Shown piece after piece: positions 27,702 through 38,200 of a DNA stretch of 64,000 nucleotides (positions are counted from its first letter, which is position 1; each line of letters opens with the position of its first letter). Position numbers and translations under genes: made by a program. The DNA comes from Antedon mediterranea (Eukaryota > Animalia > Echinodermata). The notes under the pieces are model-generated. The model was not told the DNA's origin. It worked only from the letters and a program-made list of their open reading frames with translations, and did no database searches. Location: positions 24,508,871 to 24,572,870 of the forward strand of contig NC_092676.1 in the NCBI RefSeq assembly GCF_964355755.1. The letters run 5' to 3'.

Positions 27702-27949
27702 AAGTCTTATATAGATGCGTTGAGGCTGCAAACGTGCTCAATTGGAATCAAGAGCGAATATATATTTTTATAAAGTAGATGGAACACGGACGTCTACTAC
27801 ACGGTGTTTCACGTTAAACGATCTTCAGATAGACTGAACAATACCGTATCTCGATCGAAAAAAATATTTAAAAAAAAAATTATAAATATATATAATTTTT
27901 TTTTATGTACTTTATTTATGTAGATATGTAGTACTGTATCTATTAAAAA

Positions 27950-29760
27950 AGGTATTTGAACAAAATTAGAGATCTCAATGAGATCCAAATTGACAATTGC
28001 CGCAAAATCCTCACTGAGTTTGACGTTGAAATTCACTCTAGAACTAAGAAGTTGAAAAGAGAACTTCCTGCATCCTAGTTTCAAAACAAACTCAGGATTA
28101 TCGCCAATGACTGCCGTAAACAATCAACGATAATGGCCCGAAGGGAACATCACAAATTTGGTCTACCATGCAGACTTGGTCATTTCAACACAAATGACTC
28201 TACCTTCGGATGACTTCAGGGCTTTTAGGAAACCCTGCAGAAGGTTCGTTGGGACATATAACAAGAATCAGAGCAACACCTCTGATTCAGTTGTTGAAAT
28301 TGTCGACTTTCCGAAGGAGAGAAAAAACTTCCTTCCCGAGGACTTAAATTCTGCCCAAAACCAAGGCAGGTCGGCGCACAACAACTATCTTTGGATATAG
28401 AGTCTTTTTCTAGAAGATTACGATTACGTGAATATTTTGCTGATTCAGACAGCAGCACCACGCAAAACGAAGGCAACGCTAACAAATTTAAACCAAAAAG
28501 GTTTCCACCTAAAAATCGTTGTCCAGCTTTAGAAACATTTATCCAGGCTATTGAGGAGGATGTACAAAACTACGTCCCGAGTCCAGATAAACGTGACAAT
28601 CTCAAAACAAGAGAGGCAGGCCATTGCCAAATTGCGTCAGCGTAATGATATCATCATTAAACCCGCTGATAAAGGTTCTGCCACTGTTGCTATGGACATC
28701 AAATTTTATTAAGAGGAATCCTTAAGACAGCTTCATTATATATCGTAAACTCACAACGGAACCCACCCCGGAAATTGCGGATAAGGTGGCAAAATCTGTT
28801 TCTGTGATGGTAAAAAAAAACACTCCATCGATCCTAAGATTTACAGTTACCAAATCCACTAGTAGCGTTGATTTTGTGGACACTATAGTGACCATAGAAA
28901 ATGGTACTCTCAAAACTGACCTATTCCGTAAACCCACTGATAAAAATATGTACCTGCTCCCTAGCAGTTGTCATCCCCAACATTGTACTAAAAACATACC
29001 GAACAGTAAAGCATTACCTATCAGACGTATCTGTTCTTCAGATTTAGATTTTCAGAATCGTACCGAAGAACTAACCGGACATCTCCGGAATAGAAATTAC
29101 AAACCTATCAACCTAGGTTGCCTCCATTACGGGGCTATTAATTTATTGAGAAACATATGCCCATTCTACAGTCCACAGAACGTCTCAGGACTGTTTTTCC
29201 GGAACCACCCATTATTGCATTTCGTAGACCTCCCAACCTTCGTGATATATTAGTCAGATCCAAATGTAAGAGTGAAATTAACTCTCATGACAGTCAAAAT
29301 TTGGGCAGTCACCTTTGCGGCAAATCTTGCAAAACTTGTTCATTGGTTGATTCTACTGAAAAATTTAAGAGTAACCAAACTGGCCACATTTTTCGGATAA
29401 GACAATCAATTAATTGTCTAACCAAAAACGTCATTTATCTCATATACTGTAATATTTGTGGCAAACAGTACGTCGGAGAAACCAAAAACACTCTCCGTAT
29501 GAGAATGACACAACACAGATCAGCTATCAACACATTAAAGCTTGTTCAACCTGTAGCCGAACATTTTAATTCATCTGGTCACTCGATAACAAATTTCAGA
29601 GTTATTGCAATATTCCATGTGTCAAATGGAGCGACAAAACTTGCAAAGACAAGGAAAACCACTGGGAATTACAACTTAAAACCACAAAACCTTTTGTACT
29701 TAACATTAGAAACATACTCCCAGGTTGGTAAAATTTTTCCATTGTCTACCTAAATTTAAG
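27950..29760 (+). pseudogene. Degenerate Penelope-like retroelement ORF (Neptune-like), RT core deleted, GIY-YIG endonuclease retained
   Basis: Frameshifted pieces: RGLKFCPKP..DIESFSRRLRLREYF, IIIKPADKGSATV, thumb TDLFRKPTDKNMYLLPSSCHP..IRRICS, linker FRRPPNLRDILVRS and CGKSCKTC, endonuclease NVIYLIYCNICGKQYVGET..LRMRMTQH..PVAEHFN. The sequence jumps from pre-RT to late RT at ~28820. Confidence 0.9.
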
Positions 29761-29787
29761 TATCAATATTAACCACCATTTAAGCTG

Positions 29788-29912
29788 TTTTTAGTCGCGT
29801 GGACGCGACTCTATAGTTCACTATGTCGGCGGTCGGTGGGTCTGTCGGTCTGTCTGTCGGTCCGGTATCACTATGCGTTTTAGCACGCGACTTATGGCTG
29901 TTGGCCGTGTTT
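29788..29912 (+). mobile_element. HINE/DINE-1-like non-autonomous Helentron; a second degenerate copy at 59182-59249
   Basis: T-run, 5' hairpin AGTCGCGT-GG-ACGCGACT, GTCG/GTCT microsatellite, 3' subTIR CACGCGACT and a terminal hairpin ATGGC..GCCGT followed by Ts. Confidence 0.75.
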
Positions 29913-30062
29913 AGTTTCATTCCAAAATTGTTTATACTGTATCTCTACCAAGCTACCTTCTTTGTTTTCTACTCTTATTCAGACTCCACCCTGTCTCCTT
30001 TTGTTGTATTTCTTTTATTCCTGTCCACCCAGGCAGCACTTGCCAGCTCTTATCCTTCACTT

Positions 30063-30099
30063 GCAATGATGAAGGGCTAGTGTTGCCCGAAAGCTCTGC
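30063..30099 (+). ncRNA. Minimal type I hammerhead ribozyme motif (Penelope-type), right arm, with core C3>A
   Basis: GCA-AUGAUGA-A-GGGC-UAGUGUU-GCCC-GAAA-GCU-C-UGC. Stem II perfect; first core base mutated. Confidence 0.7.
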
Positions 30100-30246
30100 T
30101 AACGTTTCTGGCTGTTTTACTTTAGCCTTTTGATTTAGCTTTTCACTTTTTTTTTGTATCTTTATTGAGATTCAGCCACTGATACCCACAGCATTGTCAT
30201 TTTTTCAGTTATTTGCCTTTGGATTTATATATATAAATATATATAG

Positions 30247-30476
30247 AGGATTAAGATTATAATATACAGCATTTAAAATTACCAACTATTAATTAATCAA
30301 ATCACTTTTGATTAAGTTACTACAATCCTGAATTTGATTAAGGTGATTACTAAGCTTTCTCTTAAAATAGGTTGCAAGAGTTACAGACGAATGTATCTTT
30401 GACATTCAAAGGCAAGGAATTCCAGATCCTCACAATTCTTAGCAGGAATGCTAAATTTACTCGAATCCGTACTTGT
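30247..30476 (-). mobile_element. 3' fragment of an L2/CR1-group LINE inside the right arm (mirrored at 27311-27510)
   Basis: The minus strand encodes AFLLRIVRIWNSLPLNV, matching the RxxxxWNxLP C-terminal motif of CR1/L2 ORF2. The left copy lacks 29 bp between AGGAAT repeats. Confidence 0.65.
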
Positions 30477-32796
30477 TTATATTTGGCTTATATAAGTTTG
30501 AAGTGAAACTCTTAAACTATTTTTCCCTTTAAAATGGTAATGGTCATTTTATCGTCATTGATGTGATATATTTTCAATTGTTTTGTGTTAGTTCGATTAA
30601 AGTTAAACTTTATTCAATTAAATATGTTGTTTTGTGTGGTTTTTTTGTTGGTATCTACAATATCTAAGGATATACTTGGGGTAAATGGGGGAACTTTAGA
30701 GGGGTCTGCCAGTGCCAAGGCAGTGTACAGATAGTCTGTTATAGGTCATTTGATATTGCTTACAATGTGCTAAATCATAATTATAACATTGGTTGCTGGT
30801 GGTATCTACAATATCTAAGCTAGGCCAGTTGGGGGAATGGAGTCTCTAGTCGAACTTTAGAGGGGTCTGCCAGGGCCAAGGCAGTGTACAGATAGTTTGT
30901 AATAGGTCATTTGGTGATTGCTTACAATGTGCTAAATCATATAACATTGGTTGCTGGTGGTATCTACAATATCTAAGCTGGGCTAGTTGGGGAAAGAGGG
31001 GTCTCTAGTCTAACTTTAGAGGGGTCTGCCAGGGCCAGGGCAGTGTTCAGATAGTCTGTAATTATAGGTCATTTGGTATTGCCTACATGTGCTAAATCAT
31101 ATAACATTGGTTGCTGGTGGTATCTACAATATCTAAGCTGGGTTAGTTGGGGGAAGGGGGCCTAACTTTAGGGTGTCTGGCACTTGCGGTGCAGCAGACA
31201 ATTAGTCTGTTGTTATCCATTTAGTATTGTATGAACACAACTTGTTCGTTTGGAATTGATTTTGAGTGGTACCTCACTCATCTATGCTAACCCCATTTTA
31301 GGCCCTCCCTCGGGGGGTCTGGCGGGCCTTTTGCAGCAGAGAAAAAGTCTGTCGTTTGTGATACTGTTATAAGGATGCCAATGGGCATCCCATGGTGGTA
31401 AAATTAGGTGGTATCTCTCTCATCTAACCTGTGCCGATTTTTTAGCACGTTTCGGGGTCCCCCCGGTCTAGACGCAGCAGGGGGTACCCGGCAGACTCCC
31501 ATTTTCATTCACTTCAAGTGACCCCCAACACACTCAAATAGTCAGATATTGGTACCTAGCTCATCTAACCAAATGTCTCTGGGCTGCCGGTCTATAAGCC
31601 CTAGCCTAGAGCCTAGCTAGTCATCACTGATGATTCAGCAGAGACGGAGCTAGGCCTGTGCTCCTACTACTTACTAATAGTACTACTACTACTACTACAA
31701 ACAAGCTGACTCACTCACTGAGGAGATTGAGGCTAGCCTGCTGTATGCTAGCTGGGTGGGCCTGCCCCCCCCCCCCCCCTGCCCTGACCATCTATGGTCT
31801 GCGCCATTATTACCAACTTTACTTCATTGTGCACGTGAGGGCATGCACAGGCTAACCCAGATTTTATGAAAGCAATACATTATTAGTATAGGCCTAGGCT
31901 ACTAGTATTATAAATTATAATCAATTCAATGTTTAACTGTACTTACTTTTTAATCTTTCCGTGGCGCCAGCCAGGCCCATGTGCGTTTCGTTCGTCGTCT
32001 GGTTGTGTTGTCACGTGTGGGGCATGCTGAACGTGTCATTTCGATACTGACTGCAGATTGGTCAGTAGTTCATGATTATTTAATTTTTTAAACTCAAGCT
32101 TGAATATACTGTAGTAGTGCCACTAGTGACCTATTAATCACTAATAAATTACGTGATAATACGTGAAAATAAATGTACGTATTGGTTTTGGCACTGTGCC
32201 ACAGGAAAAGTGGATAGTAACAAAAATTATACATTACAAAACAAAAAACAATCTTCTCTATTATTTTATTCCAAATTTTGGTGGAAAAACTGCAATAATG
32301 TAAACATTAATATCTCTGTGATAGTATCCCCACTGAATAACAGAAATAAAAATAAACTTTTGAACATAACCTATTTTAAAGAAACAAGCATAGGCCTTTA
32401 AGCTCAAATTATCGCTTATTATTTATTGGTGCCATGGTTGGTGTATACTTATACCGAAATGTCTTGTCTGGTATAATGCGCATCTGAGACAAGTGTAGGG
32501 GTTGGTGTACCTATACTTATACTAAGAACTTTAATGTTCAATGATTCACACACAAAGTACTGTAAAAATATGAAAATAATTATTTTTTGCTATTCAAAAT
32601 TGAATTTTTTTACCCAAACAGGAAAATTTGATTAAACTTGCAAAAAATATAAATGTCAAGAGCGTAACTGCATTCTTAAGAGGAAAATAATGTAAATACA
32701 AATATTGCAAACATTCAGTTTCAACTTAGACATATATTATGCTTCGTTATACAGAGTAGAACCCCTCCTTTGGGATAACAAGGAGGAACACCATGA

Positions 32797-32976
32797 AGGC
32801 CAATTTACACAGACGAGCGGTAACTGTAAGCGGAAAACCACGTAGCCTGTCCTTTAGAATCTGTGTCTATCCTGAGCGGAAACCGCCCGTCCGATCCGTG
32901 TTGTGTGTAAATGTTCATAAGGAATAACATAGATTCTAAATTGTTATTACCTTTACCACTCGTTTGTGTAAATTGG
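32797..32976. mobile_element. MITE family C; complete copy at 43190-43378 (TTA duplication), fragment at 60301-60360
   Basis: TIR AGGCCAATTTACACAGA.GA.CGGTAA, with shared internal GGCGGTTTCC(C)GCTC..GATAGA. Confidence 0.8.
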
Positions 32977-33345
32977 TGATTAATGGAGAACATTGTTGAG
33001 TTCCAATACAAGCTCATAAACTACTTTTCATTGGCTTCACTTAGTATAACATGCTTTTACTCAATCGAATCCCTTGCTGTGTTCTTGACAAAACCAATTG
33101 AACATAAAAACTGACAGAATTTGAGCTGAAGTTGTGTCAGAGGTCAGATATCTTGGTAAGCCAATCCTGGCACAATTTAAATTGAATAACTTTTTACCCG
33201 GTACTGTCTAAATTGATTTCAAATAATTTTCCACAGTCCAGTCAACTCTCTCAAAATCAACATTCTAATGGTCAAAAATTCTTCCGCTTATCTTTAAACT
33301 ATAACAATACCAGTTTCTGGAAAACCAGGAGAGAGAGAGAGCTAA

Positions 33346-33737
33346 AGGCCCATTTACACTAGGACGACAACAATTGACGATAAATAGACAAATATGCATT
33401 TTTCATACATAAGACAAAAGAAATACAAAAACTTTTCATTCTAGAACTATAAATCTATGCTTTCTTAGAAAATAAAATTATATTTTCACACGTCCAATCA
33501 AATGACGTCATGATTAGTAAAAGCAATAATATCGTGACAATACAACGATTTTATTGTTTTATTTATCATGACATCATTTTATTGGAATTTAAAAAATATT
33601 ATTTTTATCAAAGACAGCATAAATTATTATCCTATAGTTCTAGAACGAAAACCTTTCTAATTTCTTTTGTTTTATGTAAAAAAATGCATGCTAATACATT
33701 TATCGGCGATCGTTATCGTCCTAGTGTAAATGGGCCT
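33346..33737. mobile_element. Foldback MITE (~390 bp, Harbinger-like)
   Basis: AGGCCCATTTACACTAGGACGA...TCGTCCTAGTGTAAATGGGCCT, with imperfect self-complementarity through most of its length and TAA/TTA flanks. Confidence 0.85.
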
Positions 33738-34025
33738 TTACCCTCTTCCCTGGGAAAACCAAGTATTCTTTCAGCTCAATGATGCATGTTTAATGAGAGA
33801 GTTGGCTGTACAGTATATTAATATTCTAGTACTTTCCATATTTTTTCATATAAAGTATACATTTGGCAGCCATATTCTCAAGGGTTATTCAATTAATTCT
33901 TATTTTTAAGTTCTTGATCTGCCTCTTGTTTAGCTTAATTTATTCTTTATTCCAGTGTGTAATAAAATACAATCATCGAAAACAGACAATATATTGAGCA
34001 ACAACAAATTCAAATACAATACAAT

Positions 34026-34154
34026 ACAGTAGAACACATCCTTGGGGACACCCCTATTAAGGAGACACTTACACTTTCCAGTGAAACGAACAAGGAGAAA
34101 TATATGTTTTAATACGGCAGCCAACACTTTGTTGGGTCCGGAAGGTGTACTGTA
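34026..34154. mobile_element. Degenerate TA-flanked CAGT..ACTG MITE (Tc1/mariner-like); related remnants near 880-980, 24105-24215 and 49925-50027
   Basis: TA|CAGTAGAAC...GTACTG|TA with GGGGACAC motifs shared among the remnants. Confidence 0.5.
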
Positions 34155-35271
34155 TTGGAATAACACAAGTGAAATGAAGAAAATAATGAATGAAATAGAA
34201 GCAGGCGACGGAGCTCTATACTGTCACATGATTTTTTATAAAATTGTGTGATGTATCAGCAAGCAAAAAATATGAATGTACAGTTAAAACTGGTTTTTAC
34301 ATGTAAACAATAAAAAGGGAATCTCCAGTTAATTTGTCACTAACAAAATTATAGGTTAAACCAAATACGAAAGAAAGGAATGTCTAAAAACTGACAGTGA
34401 GATACAAACTGAACATGCACATTTGCCCCATAAAGGAGACATGCGTATTGGCAAGGGGATCGATAAGTAGAAGATCGATAAGTAGAAGATCATTATTGAT
34501 ACAAATAATGCCAAGATATTCAGTGGCATAACACAGGGAGCATAGACACCTGGTTATTCTTTCCTAAAGGGCCCTCCAATGCTAGGTAGTTGCATTGGGG
34601 CTGCTTAGGCCCCTTGGTTTAGACAGTAAGAGTTCATAGCCGTTACACCACTGAATTGTACTACTATATGAAAGTTTAATCGTTTGTTATTAGATCACTG
34701 CCACAAAATGACACTGTATACCCAAGTTGATACTTATATGCTAAATAGGTGGTATGCTAGAGCAATAACACTCAATTGAAAGAGATAATGGCTATTCCAA
34801 AAAAAATATAAAGAGGTACACCTAAATATATATCATACTGAAACAAATATGGGGATTGATACACGAGTTAGCCTAACTTACAATAACACATGTGTACTAT
34901 CTGTAAATATGCAAAAACCAGTTTTTACTGTACTGATGTCGAAATAAAATTAACATAAAAATAAGAAAAGTTCAATTTTGTTTATACAGAAATTTTTTTT
35001 GATTTTTTTACACTTATTAAGAACATCCCCATATCTTACAAATTCATGTTGTTCTGTCCAAATTTAGGTTACAGTGGCAGAAGATACTGTGCAAAATCAT
35101 ACTGGACAAACCACCATACTCATCAGAAATGGAACAAAATGCTAGAAAAAATATCTGTTCTAAAATTGTCTGAGTACGAACATCACAGAATAAACAGTAA
35201 AAACTACTATGGATATTATTACACAATTTACGATTCCTATGAGAAAGTCTATTCCCGACGAATGATGGAAT

Positions 35272-38200
35272 TTAGTCAGTGTCCATACATTCGTCTTCTA
35301 TCCCGTCTGAGAGTTTATGGAGGCCATTTTGTTCATAACTAGTGGCCTTTGAGGTGGTGGTAGATAGTTCTATTGAGCCACCACCATCATCACTTGAGTA
35401 ACCATCCACAAGTGAGATTTTAGCGTCTAAAGCAGGGAGTGTAAGAGTATTATGTTCTAAAGCTCTGCCATTAACTGGCGAGTCAGTTCTTATCCCCGTT
35501 TTAATATTATCATCTTCATCACTTTCAATGGGGAGGGATTTTTGGATGGGGTCAACAGTCAAAATATTGTTAGGTTTATAAGTCGATTCAAATTTACAGA
35601 CAAGTTGTTCCGTGCCTGTGAGCTTATTATCAGTTTGTTCTGTATCACTCAGCTCACCGTATGAGGGCGTTTCATTACCTGTATCATCGTCATTGTCGTC
35701 AGCAATAAGTCTGACATCACTGACCGTGTCAGTTCTTAATTGGTGGTGTTCTACATCTGCTGGCTTTTCTTCAACAGTTTTACTGTCGTTTACAGGAATA
35801 TCTTCTGTATATTTGGCGTCTTTTTCTTCACTGTTTCTTAAATCTTGGTTTTCACCTTCCCAGCCATACTTTTCTTCGTCTTCATCTGCGTTTTCGTCTT
35901 CTACATACTGCTGCGGAAAAAAATCTGATTGTCGGTTTTCATCAGGTTCAATTTCATTGACGTTTGCAGACAATTTCTGTTCCGTAACGTCAACTGGGGT
36001 GCCGGTGTTGGCACATTCAGTGTGTGTAGTCCTATAACCTTCATCGTCGTGTTCATCAATATTTTCTTCTACGGTAAGCTTTGACGCACTGATCGTGAAC
36101 GGTCCCGATTCTGTTCGTTCAGGGGAATTATACTGCTCTGCCTTTATTTCAGTCTGTTTGTATGATTCATCTGATGCATTTTCCAGCAATATATTGTGTT
36201 GTCCATTAGTATTTTCCAGATTATTCTGGTTTTTGTACTTATTCAATTCTTCCGTAGTCTCTTTTAGTTGCTGTTGCAGTGTGCATATAGTACTCTGCAT
36301 TCCTTCCACCTCCTCATCTAGTTCAATTACAAACTCATTCAATTCTAAATAAGGAAAAAAAACATTTCAATTTCAATAATAATGCAACAAGGAATCAAGC
36401 ACAGCCAGTCCGGAAGGATGTTCAGCTGCCATGATACACACTCATTCTTCTGCTTGGTAATCTACCAGCAGGATGCTGAGCTCTGGAGATCAAAGGGTTT
36501 AATCTGTGGCTGCGACATGATACGCAACAGAGAATATTTAGAGTACAGTACTGTTGGTATTTGTCACAGCCAGACATAAGATCAAAGGACTGTTCATATC
36601 TTGGCAAGGCAAGCTCAGTGTCCTGTAGATTTTTTTCATATGTCTCTTAACACATACAACAACACATACATTAGGCATTTCCTTCATTTCAATGTTAAGT
36701 TTTAAATAATTTAAGGAATGCTGTGGAGTATGTGAACACAGCCAATCTTCATTCAAATTCTGCATTGTGTAACCTGAATGATACAATGGGAAATTTTCAG
36801 AGAGTAGAGTTTTAAATTACTATGAGGCAGGAGAACATTTATCACTGAGCATTCTTATTATCAGGATTTTGTACTTATTTTTAATCAACTTGCACTCACC
36901 ATCCTGGCTTGTTTTAAGCTCTTCACTGTATTTTTTCTGCAATGCCAGCTCAGCCTCTAACTGGGCCGTTTTTCCCGACGATATCTGTTTTCCTAGCTCC
37001 TGGTTCTCCAAAAATAAGGCACGGCACTTGGACATCAATCGTTTCCCGGTTTGGCTAAAAGAAATAATATTGAGTATAAACGGATTTGGTTGGGATGATC
37101 AATATCTGTTGCTTTTTTAGTACATGGGTTACTACCAATCTTGTCGTCATAACGACAATGTCAAAAGATACCAATGAAGCGTACAGGCAAAAACATTATA
37201 GTTTTATATTTGCATTTATAATTTGAAAGACTGTTTTTGTAAGCATATTGAAATATATATCTTAATACAGAAACACAAGAGAAGACATAGAACCATTTCA
37301 AGACTTTTATAGTTATTTAAAACAGAAACAAATCAATGGTCAACATGCCTTTTCCTTTCAAGCCCCTCTGATTTGGAACTCATTACCATTTTCTGTTCGT
37401 AATTCACCAAATCTACTTTCCTTTAAAGTCAACTTAAAAAGACACCTTTTTCAGAATTGTTAATGACCTCAATTTATTCTCACAATTGGAGCTATATAAA
37501 TGTCTTATTATTATTATTATTTTAAAATAAACAGTCATACCTGTCAGGGGTGAATTTCCAGGCAGCCATGTCATCATTAGCCTGTTGTAACTTTGTCTTA
37601 CTGTCCCCAGTTTCTTTTCTCATTTTTTGAAACAGAAGGTTAATAGCTGGATCTAGTAGTGAATTGCGCAGCTGTGACGTGCTTGGGTTCTGTGCCTTTG
37701 CCAAGTCCGCCTATAATGAATATATTTTAAAACCGTTTTGAATTATGTACACACTGTCCGAGTTCTCACCACGACCAGCCAGTCGGCCATGCCTGGCACT
37801 CTCAACATTTCTGACCGGAACAAACAGGCTCGGGGGTCAACACTTCTAACATGCTGGTGAGAACTGAAGTATCATCAAATGTGCCAAAGCTAGACATTAC
37901 TAAACTAGACATAATAACTAGCTTTGCACTTTCCTTCACATAGGTACGAAATGTGTATTTAATAATCATTTGAAAGCAAGAAACTAAGGTAATGTTAGTT
38001 TTGGCATGTAGTAAATTGTCACTTACTAGTCCAATGAGCTATAAGAGAATTGAATTTTAGAACACTAGTAAATTATAAATTATTAATTGTTTATACTGGG
38101 TAGTGTAGTGTATAATATAGTACTATGATGAGTTTGTGACAGTGTGTGAACTAGTAACCCCCTACTCGTCTCGAAAGATGTACTAGGCTCTTTAAAGTGC

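Larger units (their letters stand above)
26179..31594. mobile_element. 5.4-kb foldback composite element with ~1.5-kb inverted arms (Academ-like termini) enclosing a Penelope-like element
   Basis: 26179-27705 is the reverse complement of 30059-31594. Ends TAGACCGGCAGC...GCTGCCGGTCTA are flanked by TAA (26176-78 and 31595-97); an alternative reading is a TA duplication with GACC ends. No transposase ORF. The Academ assignment is an inference from TAG..CTA ends, a 3-bp duplication and long TIRs. Confidence 0.9.

Noticed and set aside
26179-31594. Autonomous DNA transposon or Polinton/virus
   Set aside because: No transposase, integrase, polymerase or capsid coding sequence. The only coding remnants are Penelope- and LINE-derived.
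35612-36352. Ser-rich plus-strand ORFs opposite WTAP
   Set aside because: Antisense shadows of the acidic WTAP last exon.
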